From a virus (taxonomy: Duplodnaviria > Caudoviricetes): a DNA stretch of 37,869 bases. The stretch is taken from IMG/VR virus record IMGVR_UViG_3300025158_000037, positions 1 to 37,869 of that record. One strand, 5' to 3'. Made by a program: the position numbers and the translations under genes. Shown here piece by piece: positions 1-8,406 of this stretch. Every line of letters starts with the position of its first letter. Position 1 is the first letter of the stretch. The notes below the pieces were generated by a model, which was not told the DNA's origin, made no database searches, and saw only the letters and a list, made by a program, of their open reading frames with translations.

Positions 1-594
1 ATTTCGGGTATCAGCATCAGCCACAATGATTTCCGAGTAGTAAGACCGACCAACAGTTTCGTTGACAGTTCCAATGAAACCACCAAGAAGCATACGTGCA
101 GGTCGGAAGTAGGATGCAACCGGGATGTCGTAGGTATGAAGCAGGAGTTCGTTGCAGTAGCAGCGAACCTGAAGATTCACACCCGTGAACTTGTACTGGA
201 CATCGAATGTGCGAAGCTGGTTGTTTCCCCAAGGGATGAATCCCCGGACTTCAGCATAGTTCGATCCATCAGCAGTCAGGTAGAAGTGGAAACCTTCACC
301 AGATGTGATCCGGTTATAGAACGAAATACGATAAATGGATATACCATCATCTGTGGTAAGTTCTAAGAACTGTTCATTATTGTTAATGTAAAAGTCTTCA
401 GCACCAGCCCGGAAATGGAACCACCATTCATTTACTGCACCGGGATCAGTGATCACCGGAGAAGAAACCTTCATCGCAGGAACAACTTCCAGCGAGTAAG
501 GCACACGATTTGAATCGAAACTCCAACCCGGAGCACCGATCACGGATCCCGGAAAGTGGGACACCGAATTTGAGGCGAAGAGGATATTAGGCAT
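1..594 (-). CDS. Partial (3'-truncated by window edge) putative virion structural/tail-appendage protein, beta-sandwich (LamG/ConA-like) character
   Basis: Not in the ORF track because it has no stop in the window. Manual translation gives an open frame from ATG at 594 to base 1 (MPNILFASNSVSHFPGSVIGAPGWSFDSNRVPY...RSYYSEIIVADADTRN). An SD-like AAAGGA lies upstream. The protein is aromatic- and beta-strand-rich and co-oriented with the adhesin gene. Function is inferred. Confidence 0.7.
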   Translation of the reverse strand, partial: MPNILFASNSVSHFPGSVIGAPGWSFDSNRVPYSLEVVPAMKVSSPVITDPGAVNEWWFHFRAGAEDFYINNNEQFLELTTDDGISIYRISFYNRITSGEGFHFYLTADGSNYAEVRGFIPWGNNQLRTFDVQYKFTGVNLQVRCYCNELLLHTYDIPVASYFRPARMLLGGFIGTVNETVGRSYYSEIIVADADTRN

Positions 595-619
595 GACGTG
601 TTCCTTTCGTTGTCCCTAA

Positions 620-2944
620 TTAGAAGAAGCTGGCTTGGAAGTCGATAGCCCAGACATACCCTGAACTAGCAGTATATGGACCATTGTTGGTATAACCAAT
701 TTCAGGAAGGGCAGAGATGTTTGCCTGCCAACCGTTTACCCATCGGGAATGTTGAATCCTTGTATTCAAAGGGTCTCCGTTCCAGTTGTTGATCCAGTTC
801 AAACGACCTTGATTTGGGTCTCCAGAAACGATGTTTGGATTTCCTGCAAGATTCTTATCCCAGTAACCAATCACAAAGTAATCACCGGGTTCAAGGATAA
901 GAGGAGAAGATAGAACATGCTCAATCTGTACGGTAGTGGTAGAAGGAGTACCTCCATCATCATAAGATGCAGATCCTGTTTCATGGACTTCACTGACCAT
1001 GCCAAAATACCAATACGAAGATTTCTGATCGTTTACCTTGGCAACGATCCAATCATAATCATGGCTTTCGTTCATGATTCCTAGTTTGAATCTTTCAACA
1101 TTCATACGCGAGAAGGAACGATAGACGTTTGCTTTGAAGTTGGTGTCATCTACATCAAATAAACTAAAGCCAAAAGTTGGAACAGAGAATGGAGCTTCAA
1201 ACACATATGGCTGTGTACCATGTCCGATGTTGAAGACACGACGTTCTGCTGAATCCCAGTTACGAGCGACACGAGTCGTGTCAAAGAATTCAACCTCAGT
1301 CCAACGAATACCATCATCAGAACCTTCGACTATGAAAGACGTAGGCATTTGGAATGCAGCACTTCCGGGACGAGCAGTGAGACTGATCGCTTGTGGTTTC
1401 CAAGGAAGTGCTTTGTTGTATCCAATCCAAGAAGATCCTTCAGCGATGGAATTTTCAGCACCTGCCCAGTAGGTGGCATTCGTGTCATCGAAAGCACCAT
1501 CAGCATTGACCACACCGAAACCAGCGGAACCAAACAGAATAGAACCACCAGTCGCAAGATCCGTACCTGCTGGGGTGTCGAGGAACTCTGCTTCAGACAA
1601 AGCACCACCAGACCACGAGTTCGCAGACAGGAATCGGATCCTCCAGCTATCGAAGGTTGGTCCAAAGTTCCGGGTATTCAGTTTCGGCCCTTTCCGAATG
1701 AAAGAAGTGATCCAGTCAATTTGGGCATTGATATTATTGTCTCCTGATCCATCCCAGAGGTATTCTTGGATGAGTCGAACAAACCGAGTTCCAGAAGGAA
1801 TCGGAGTGTCAGAGGAACGAGCAAAGAAGATATTGACTGGGGTTTTGAATAGACCAGCACCATCATTGAATCCAAGAAGAGTTGTGCCATCAGCGGCATA
1901 GAACTCAAAACGGATATTGGCCATATCACTTTCACTTGTTGAAGACCCTTGTTGCCAATAGGTTTCGATAGAGCAAAGACCAGCATCAATGTCTGCGTGC
2001 CAGACATCCCATAGATACACATCTTGAGATAGAGAAGTGTATGGGGTGTTGGATCCAGCAGGATGGACATTGAATCCACCATAGAAACTGAGGTTTCCTT
2101 CAATGGGATCAATTGCTCCATTCTCTTGTTGTACATAAGTTGCAGATCCAAAGATATCCCAACCAAAGACACCAAGCTCAGCATTTTGGTTTCGCATAGC
2201 CAAAGGCTGAGGAACACTCTCTATTAGAGGTTCACCAATATCATTCCAAATGACTGCGATACCAAGATCACGTTCGAGAACAGACAAAGTATCTGTAACC
2301 GAAAGACCAGTAATCACAGGAATGTTCATGGCATTTACGTCATGTCGATCATCAGCACCCATACCAGTTGTGAAATATGCGACAGCACGCATAGTATCGA
2401 GACGGTCATCAGTTCCAATACCAGTCATGAACATGGTGTTATATGAGAACATAGTTTGAAGTTTGTTCGCACGAAGACCAGTGATTCCAAAGAACTCAGC
2501 TTCTCTGAGTTCAATTGGTTCAATCAAGGTACAGAGAACAGAATTGGAAGAAATGGCATAACTTTCTCCGATTCCGTTATCACCTCGAACTTCACAGGTG
2601 AGAGTCACACCATCAAAGGTTTCATCTGTGAATATCTCATAAGCGTTGGCTCCCGGAATATCTACACCATCTGCCATCCACTGATAGTAGTAATCAGCAG
2701 TTGGAGATGCTTCCCAAGTACCAACCTCACAAACAACACGTCCGGGAATGACACCAGATCCGGTGAGAAAGGGTTGAACCACATTCACCGGGGCGAAGCG
2801 ATATAGGGGACGGGATGCTTCCGGCCCATATAGACTAGGAATCAGGTGAACTCCTTCCCGGATTGACGGTTCAATGTGAACGATGTCAACGCTGCGGGTT
2901 TGGTCGTTATCCTGACTTCCTGTGTAAGCAGGAGGATGAGGCAT
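620..2944 (-). CDS. Putative tail fibre/receptor-binding adhesin with Ig-like, repeat, CBM-like and discoidin (F5/8C)-like domains
   Basis: 774 aa. Contains an Ig-like signature (GTW...YYYQWMADGVDIPGA...LTCEVRG.NGIG), four 19-aa TG repeats, a jelly-roll segment (NQNAE.G..GW...SLSQDV...IPSGTRFVRL) and a discoidin-like segment (AFDD...YW...WIGY...PTSFIVEGSDDGIRWTEV). Its start overlaps the stop of the upstream gene. Confidence 0.7.
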   Translation of the reverse strand: MPHPPAYTGSQDNDQTRSVDIVHIEPSIREGVHLIPSLYGPEASRPLYRFAPVNVVQPFLTGSGVIPGRVVCEVGTWEASPTADYYYQWMADGVDIPGANAYEIFTDETFDGVTLTCEVRGDNGIGESYAISSNSVLCTLIEPIELREAEFFGITGLRANKLQTMFSYNTMFMTGIGTDDRLDTMRAVAYFTTGMGADDRHDVNAMNIPVITGLSVTDTLSVLERDLGIAVIWNDIGEPLIESVPQPLAMRNQNAELGVFGWDIFGSATYVQQENGAIDPIEGNLSFYGGFNVHPAGSNTPYTSLSQDVYLWDVWHADIDAGLCSIETYWQQGSSTSESDMANIRFEFYAADGTTLLGFNDGAGLFKTPVNIFFARSSDTPIPSGTRFVRLIQEYLWDGSGDNNINAQIDWITSFIRKGPKLNTRNFGPTFDSWRIRFLSANSWSGGALSEAEFLDTPAGTDLATGGSILFGSAGFGVVNADGAFDDTNATYWAGAENSIAEGSSWIGYNKALPWKPQAISLTARPGSAAFQMPTSFIVEGSDDGIRWTEVEFFDTTRVARNWDSAERRVFNIGHGTQPYVFEAPFSVPTFGFSLFDVDDTNFKANVYRSFSRMNVERFKLGIMNESHDYDWIVAKVNDQKSSYWYFGMVSEVHETGSASYDDGGTPSTTTVQIEHVLSSPLILEPGDYFVIGYWDKNLAGNPNIVSGDPNQGRLNWINNWNGDPLNTRIQHSRWVNGWQANISALPEIGYTNNGPYTASSGYVWAIDFQASFF
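2255..2482 (-). repeat. Protein-level tandem repeat: 4 x 19 aa starting with TG in the adhesin
   Basis: ACT-GGT codon pairs starting at 2482, 2425, 2368 and 2311, an exact 57-nt period. Confidence 0.8.
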
Positions 2945-3264
2945 TACCGCAGATCTCCCTCAATGTAGAATGCTGCATCAGCAGTTGCGATGATACGAAT
3001 CGCGGGCATGTTTGCACGAGGCAAACGAACACAGTTCGAATCATTCACGGTGTACGAGGCTTCAGCCGGAGTGAACCAATTGCCATCACGATCCTGTACC
3101 TGAAACTGAACAGTCCCAGTGCGAACATCGCATACGACATTGAGATCCACTGCGTGAGGACCGGCTGCCTGTGCAATCACATCTTCACCACCTTCTTCCG
3201 TCTTGTCAGCGATGGTGTACCAGATGGGATTGCAAACATAGTTGGTAGAGCATGATTGACGCAT
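2944..3264 (-). CDS. Hypothetical small beta-rich protein, possibly virion-associated
   Basis: 106-aa ORF and first gene of the divergent operon. Its TAA overlaps the ATG of the adhesin gene at 2944, which suggests translational coupling. Confidence 0.7.
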   Translation of the reverse strand: MRQSCSTNYVCNPIWYTIADKTEEGGEDVIAQAAGPHAVDLNVVCDVRTGTVQFQVQDRDGNWFTPAEASYTVNDSNCVRLPRANMPAIRIIATADAAFYIEGDLR

Positions 3265-3294
3265 TTGCTTTCCAGTCTTGGTTTAGGTTATAGG
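3265..3294 (+). promoter_or_regulatory. Possible sigma70-type late promoter in the divergent intergenic region
   Basis: TTGCTT-N18-TATAGG upstream of terS. The divergent gene layout requires promoters near here, and N4 late genes use host sigma70 RNAP. The match to consensus is weak. Confidence 0.3.
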
Positions 3295-3337
3295 CCATTG
3301 TGAGTATCGCAATATCACGAATATGGAGCTTCTAGCA

Positions 3338-4030
3338 ATGCTGACACTTCAAGAGGTACAGGACTCGCTGCCAGCAGGGCAGAAAGGAGTTATCACCCAA
3401 GACATGGTGAATCAACTCAACAACTTGTCCAAGGATCCGGAGGAAGCTCGGTACATCCGAGAAAACTTCGTTACCTTCAGCCAAGTCTTGAGTGAGGGTC
3501 GCTTCAAATTGGGCGATTACGTGCGTGCAGTTATGTACGTGTCTCACAAAGTCATGGGTAAATCGAATCTCGATGCCTACAAGGCGACGTTTCCTGATCG
3601 GTACAAACAGATGATTGCTGACGGGCGACAGCCAAAAGACATCGCTTCCTATGTGGCTGCCTACAACAAAGGCAAGCTGGTGAATATGGTTTATGAACGA
3701 GCCATGATTCCAACATGGGTTCTGAATCAGGACATGTTTCAATCTGCACTTAACACCCAGTATGAGATCATGAACGACGTAAGCGTAAGTGATAAGGTTC
3801 GGGTGGAAGCAGCAAACTCGATTCTGACTCATCTCAAAAAGCCTGAAACAAACAAGGCTGAACTGAAAGTCGAGATTGGAATGAACGATGGGATGAAGGC
3901 TCTGGAAGCTCGTTTGGCAGAAATGGCAGAAATGCAGATGAAAACCATCGAAGGAAATGCCATGTCTGTACAAGAGGTTGCAGCACTTCCGCTGAACATT
4001 CCTGATGCAGTCGAGGTGAAGGATGAGTGA
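3338..4030 (+). CDS. terS: Terminase small subunit (N4 gp69-like)
   Basis: Lies immediately upstream of TerL and overlaps it by 8 nt. GGAG at 3325-3328 favours the ATG at 3338 over 3323. Helical protein of about 230 aa in the N4 gp69 position. Confidence 0.75.
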   Translation: MLTLQEVQDSLPAGQKGVITQDMVNQLNNLSKDPEEARYIRENFVTFSQVLSEGRFKLGDYVRAVMYVSHKVMGKSNLDAYKATFPDRYKQMIADGRQPKDIASYVAAYNKGKLVNMVYERAMIPTWVLNQDMFQSALNTQYEIMNDVSVSDKVRVEAANSILTHLKKPETNKAELKVEIGMNDGMKALEARLAEMAEMQMKTIEGNAMSVQEVAALPLNIPDAVEVKDE

Positions 4031-5633
4031 TTTTCTCGGACGCAAATCAGTCGATGATTATCTGAACGAAGTCGATTTCGATTGGCTCAACGGAGGTGGA
4101 TACCGTCCGTCGAAATTTGCGTTGGAGTTCATGAACTTCATCAAGCTCTGTAATGATGGCCGGGGTGAAGACAACAAGACCCCGGTCATGCACCTTGCGA
4201 TGCTGGACAAACTCCCGACCAAGCACAAGAAGATCACGAATCTGTGTGCTCGTGGTACTGCGAAAACTACGCTCTTCATGGAATACCTCACTCTGTATTT
4301 GGCAATGTTCAACAAGATTCCGGGATTCGGAACTGTTCCCGGTATGCTCTACATCTCAGATTCGATGGACAATGGTGTGAAGTCTGCTCGGGAATCTATC
4401 AAAAGCAGATACTACTCCTCGGAGTTCCTTCAGACATGGATGCCGGAAGAAGGTGTGAGATTCACTGAGAACTACATGGAATTTCACAACAAGCAGGGTG
4501 GAAAATTTGGTGTGAAGATGTTCGGTGCCAAGTCTGGTATTCGAGGAACCAAGATCTTCAACCGTCGTCCTGTTCTGGCTGTGATGGACGACTTGATCTC
4601 AGATGCTGATTCGAAGTCTCCTACTGCAATGGAAGCGATCAACGATACCGTGTACTCGGGTGTGCAGTATGCTTTGGATCCGACTCGTCACAAGATGATT
4701 CTGAATGGAACTCCCTTCAATAAGGAAGACATCGTGTATCGGGCAATTGAGTCTGGTGCTTGGGAGGTGAACGTTTGGCCGATCTGCAAGGAATTCCCCT
4801 GTGAACGTGAAGACTTTTCTGGTGCATGGGAAGACCGATTCACTTACGACTACGTGCGTGAGATGTATGACTCGGCTGTGAAGGAAGGCAAAGAAAAGTC
4901 CTTCCGTCAGGAACTCATGCTTCGAATCACGAGTGATGAATCTCGCTTGGTTCAGGAAGCAGACATCAAGTGGACGCTTCGTCAGGACATCATGTCTCAG
5001 CGTCGGAACTACAACTTCTACATCACCACGGACTTTGCTACGTCGTCGAAACAGACTGCTGACTTTTCCGTGATCTCAGTCTGGGCCTATGACAAGGATT
5101 CCAACTGGACATGGGTGGATGGTGTCTGCGAACGCCAAACCATGGACAAAACCATGAATGACCTGTTTCGCTTGGTTCAGGAATACCAACCAATGGGGAC
5201 AGCGGTGGAGATCTCTGGTCAACAGGGTGGATTCATTCCTTGGATCATGAATGAAATGAACCATCGTGGGATCTATTTCAACTTGACTCATGAGAAGGGC
5301 AAACCGGGTATTCGACCTGTAACTGATAAGCTCTCTAGATTTCAGTTGGTTGTTCCGTTATTCAAGGCTGGAAAGATCAGCTTCCCCCTTGAGATGAAAG
5401 AAACTCGGGTACTGGGCTTGTTCATGGAACAAATCTCGTTGGCCACGAAGGACGGTATCAAAGGGAAGGATGATTGTCTCGATACTATTTCGATGCTCCC
5501 TCTCCTGAATGCTTGGACTCCGAATCCTGAAGAACCCATTGAGGTTGAGAAGGAACCAACAGAAACAGCAATCTGGGGTGATGCTCTTCAAGAAGAAGAG
5601 TATGCAACCGAACTTGAGGCTTACATCGTGTGA
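4023..5633 (+). CDS. terL: Terminase large subunit (N4 gp68-like)
   Basis: 536 aa. Walker A-like CARGTAKTT, Walker B LAVMDD, coupling motif GTP, and RNase H-like nuclease acidic motifs ITTDFA and KDDCLD. Confidence 0.95.
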   Translation: MSDFLGRKSVDDYLNEVDFDWLNGGGYRPSKFALEFMNFIKLCNDGRGEDNKTPVMHLAMLDKLPTKHKKITNLCARGTAKTTLFMEYLTLYLAMFNKIPGFGTVPGMLYISDSMDNGVKSARESIKSRYYSSEFLQTWMPEEGVRFTENYMEFHNKQGGKFGVKMFGAKSGIRGTKIFNRRPVLAVMDDLISDADSKSPTAMEAINDTVYSGVQYALDPTRHKMILNGTPFNKEDIVYRAIESGAWEVNVWPICKEFPCEREDFSGAWEDRFTYDYVREMYDSAVKEGKEKSFRQELMLRITSDESRLVQEADIKWTLRQDIMSQRRNYNFYITTDFATSSKQTADFSVISVWAYDKDSNWTWVDGVCERQTMDKTMNDLFRLVQEYQPMGTAVEISGQQGGFIPWIMNEMNHRGIYFNLTHEKGKPGIRPVTDKLSRFQLVVPLFKAGKISFPLEMKETRVLGLFMEQISLATKDGIKGKDDCLDTISMLPLLNAWTPNPEEPIEVEKEPTETAIWGDALQEEEYATELEAYIV

Positions 5634-5642
5634 GGGAATACC

Positions 5643-6317
5643 ATGATCGTCACATTCGAAGAATTCACAACGAAGCTCGCTCATGGTCAGTTGAAAAATA
5701 CTGCTCTGGTCGATGATGCGGATACAGGTGAGATCAACCCCGGTCATGAGGATCAACTCCTTGAATTGACCAATCAGGGATTGGTTGACATTTTCACCAA
5801 GAAGAAACTGTTGGAGTCTCGGGCCATTCTGACCCTGACTGCCGGTCAGAACATCTATACTCTGGATCAGTCTCCTGCTGCTGATTTTGAAAACATGATC
5901 CGTGTTCTTCAAATTGAAGCTGTTCTGAATGGTTATGAACTGGAAGAAAAGAACAAGCGTGTCTTTGTTCCGAAGAGCAACAAACATGTGACTCTTCCAT
6001 CAAGTTCGACGATTCGATTCTCGACTTACTTCCTTGAAAACTATCAGCATTCTGTGGATGTGGTTTTCCAAGCCAAACACCCTGTTATTGGTCTGACTGA
6101 TTCCATCGACATCCCTGCACACATGTATGAGGCACTTGTGCTTTACGTGAGCGGCCTGTACCTGAGCCATATGGGTGGAGAGCAGCATACGGCCAAAGGT
6201 GACTCCTACTACGGGTTGTACTTGAAGATGATGGCCGATGATGAAACAAACAACTCATCCGGGACATCCGAAGTCGTTGACGAGGATACCCGATTCCAAG
6301 ATAGGGGTTTCGTCTGA
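5643..6317 (+). CDS. Virion structural protein, head-tail adaptor (N4 gp67-like)
   Basis: 224 aa directly after terL, as in N4. Has a gp67-like C-terminus (DTRFQDRGFV) and an adaptor-like segment IDIPAHMYEALVLYV. SD GAGGG upstream. Confidence 0.75.
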   Translation: MIVTFEEFTTKLAHGQLKNTALVDDADTGEINPGHEDQLLELTNQGLVDIFTKKKLLESRAILTLTAGQNIYTLDQSPAADFENMIRVLQIEAVLNGYELEEKNKRVFVPKSNKHVTLPSSSTIRFSTYFLENYQHSVDVVFQAKHPVIGLTDSIDIPAHMYEALVLYVSGLYLSHMGGEQHTAKGDSYYGLYLKMMADDETNNSSGTSEVVDEDTRFQDRGFV

Positions 6318-6697
6318 TGTCTCAAAACGATCCAAACCTTTTCGGAGAAGTCTTCAACCAACGTGCCACTATCCTGACTTTTTTCGGGATGCTTGGCGGC
6401 TCGGTAAGGGCTGCTGTCCTTAAAACTTCTTGGAAAGAAGGAGTTCGTGTCGTATTCGTGGGTGGTGCCGTTGCATTTGGTGTCGGAGTTCTTGGGCCTG
6501 TGATTATGAAACCTTGGATTGGAGAGTTGCCAGATGAAATGGCTGGAGCAATGGGGACACTCACTGCTGCTTCATTTCTTATTGGTTTGGTGGCCGTGAC
6601 TCTTGTCGAGCGTTCCATCGCAGGTGAATCAACTAAAACTCTGGAATCACAACGTCGTGAGTATCTCCCCAATGACGAGGAGAAGTCCAATGAATGA
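6317..6697 (+). CDS. Putative holin
   Basis: 126 aa with about three hydrophobic segments and a charged C-terminal tail. First gene of the lysis cassette, coupled to the upstream gene by a TGATG overlap. Confidence 0.7.
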   Translation: MSQNDPNLFGEVFNQRATILTFFGMLGGSVRAAVLKTSWKEGVRVVFVGGAVAFGVGVLGPVIMKPWIGELPDEMAGAMGTLTAASFLIGLVAVTLVERSIAGESTKTLESQRREYLPNDEEKSNE

Positions 6698-7247
6698 GAA
6701 TCATTCATACATCCCCCAACTTCGGGTAGAGAAGACAACCCAAAACAAAGATGATCTGAGAGTGATGATTGCAGGAACATTGTTCTGCATTTTCATGATT
6801 TTGATGGAACCATTTGCATTCAGAGTCTATGATTTCATCTGGGCTGATCGACCATTTGTATCAGCTACAGTGGAGATCATTGGGGTGGAAGGATCTAATA
6901 TTCCTGTCATCAAGTATGATGCTGATGCTACTCAGAATGTGACTGGAACATGGATTGTCAGTATTCATGAAGCAGGTGGTGATCGTATCACTTCCCGTCG
7001 TGGACCGGGGTCTTACAACGCTCTTGAAGATGATCCCAAGATCTGGACTTGGGCTGCTTTCTTTGACAATGAACAGGATACGAACACACCAGTCGTACCC
7101 ACATTTCCATTTTTCATTTGTGTTCAATATGATGTGGATGCTCGGGATTCGGGAGTTAATGATCAGACTGAAAATTTCTGTTCTGATGTCTATAATCCTT
7201 CAAATCCTTTCTACGAACTGAATGATCTACTCGAAAGGGTCGAATGA
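6690..7247 (+). CDS. Single-pass membrane protein in the lysis cassette (antiholin/lysis regulator candidate)
   Basis: GAGGAG at 6677-6682 favours the ATG at 6690. One TM segment (VMIAGTLFCIFMILM) is followed by a beta-rich domain with two Cys. It lies between the holin and the endolysin and overlaps both. Confidence 0.6.
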   Translation: MNENHSYIPQLRVEKTTQNKDDLRVMIAGTLFCIFMILMEPFAFRVYDFIWADRPFVSATVEIIGVEGSNIPVIKYDADATQNVTGTWIVSIHEAGGDRITSRRGPGSYNALEDDPKIWTWAAFFDNEQDTNTPVVPTFPFFICVQYDVDARDSGVNDQTENFCSDVYNPSNPFYELNDLLERVE

Positions 7248-7891
7248 TGTACTCAGCAAGAGAATACCAAGGACGAGTGAACGGGATCATGGGTGGTCCC
7301 GTTTTGACTGTTGATGGGATGATTGGACCAAAGACTCGTCAAGGGATCCAAGAAGCCATGAAAATCAAAAGAGTTCGAAATGTCGAAGACCTGTTCACTC
7401 GGGGAGTACGTGGGGTTGTCTGGCATTGGACTGCTGGTGCTCATGGCGTTATTGAACTTGAACGTGATCACTACAACTGGATCTTTGATCGTATGGGCAA
7501 CATACACGATGGCAATCACACAGTGCAGGATCAGGTCAATTACGATTGGCGTGCCGGAGTGGGTGCATCGCATACCAAATCTATGAACACAGGATGGATT
7601 GGGCTTTCTGTCGATGCCATGGCTGGAGCAGTCGAATCTCCTTTGAATTGGGGAACGAATCCTCTGACATGGGAAGGCATTGATGCTATGCTCGATTGGA
7701 CCATGGATCTTTGTGAGGAATACGATATTCCAGTATCGCCATGGACTACACTTAGCCATGCTGAAGTTCAGCAAACTCTGGGTGTGAAGCAAAGATTCAA
7801 ATGGGATTACAAGGTTCTTCCCGGTGATACTCGTGCTCGTGATGCTCGTGTAATCGGGGATATCCTTCGTGACAGGATGATTACACGATGA
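7244..7891 (+). CDS. Endolysin, N-acetylmuramoyl-L-alanine amidase (Amidase_2-like) with an N-terminal PG-binding-like motif
   Basis: Zn-amidase motifs WHWTAG, SHT.SMN...IGLS, SHAEV and KWD. The N-terminal VDGMIGPKT fits the DGxxGxxT peptidoglycan-binding motif. Confidence 0.85.
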   Translation: MMYSAREYQGRVNGIMGGPVLTVDGMIGPKTRQGIQEAMKIKRVRNVEDLFTRGVRGVVWHWTAGAHGVIELERDHYNWIFDRMGNIHDGNHTVQDQVNYDWRAGVGASHTKSMNTGWIGLSVDAMAGAVESPLNWGTNPLTWEGIDAMLDWTMDLCEEYDIPVSPWTTLSHAEVQQTLGVKQRFKWDYKVLPGDTRARDARVIGDILRDRMITR

Positions 7892-8220
7892 TCGGACAAC
7901 GCCAACTCATCATGCTTGTAGTAACAGTCGCTCTCTTGGGAGCGACTTTTGCTTATGGTTTTCACAAGGGAACAGTGAACCAGATTGAGAAATTCGCTGA
8001 AGAAAAACAGAAACTTCAGAACGATGTCATTGATCTTGAAGCAGATCTCACTGTAAAGGCTGCTGAGATTCTAAGACTTCAGATCGAACGAGAAGGGTTG
8101 ATTGATGAACTTGAAAATGCTGCCCTCACTGCGGACGGTGCTTCTGCTCCCGGCGTTGCTGCTACTGGCGGCTTGCGCAGGTTGGAGCGGAGATGGTCTA
8201 CGGATCCAAGAACTCCCTGA
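7888..8220 (+). CDS. Inner-membrane spanin (Rz-like)
   Basis: N-terminal TM helix followed by a coiled-coil. Lies directly after the endolysin (ATGA overlap). Confidence 0.85.
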   Translation: MIGQRQLIMLVVTVALLGATFAYGFHKGTVNQIEKFAEEKQKLQNDVIDLEADLTVKAAEILRLQIEREGLIDELENAALTADGASAPGVAATGGLRRLERRWSTDPRTP

Positions 8221-8395
8221 GAACGTAGTCGAACCATGTCCTCATCCAATGGATGTAATCAGGACAGTTTCAGGTTCTTCTGTTGGTTCAGATGAGATCA
8301 GAATGGGTCGTCTTGGCGATGCTCTTATCGAATGTGGTCAAGAAAAAGAAATTGCTGTAGAGGGTTATCAACGACTCTCTGAGATCCTGAAATAA
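8105..8395 (+). CDS. Outer-membrane lipoprotein spanin (Rz1-like), overlapping the i-spanin in another frame
   Basis: Signal peptide with lipobox LLAA-C, a Pro/Cys-containing mature region, and GAAGGG upstream of the ATG at 8105. Confidence 0.85.
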   Translation: MNLKMLPSLRTVLLLPALLLLAACAGWSGDGLRIQELPENVVEPCPHPMDVIRTVSGSSVGSDEIRMGRLGDALIECGQEKEIAVEGYQRLSEILK

Positions 8396-8406
8396 GGAAC
8401 ATCGCC

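Noticed and set aside
17-366. Short ORFs 17-232 (-) and 136-366 (+) from the ORF track
   Set aside because: Superseded by the longer SD-preceded frame 594->1 on the minus strand, which runs off the window.
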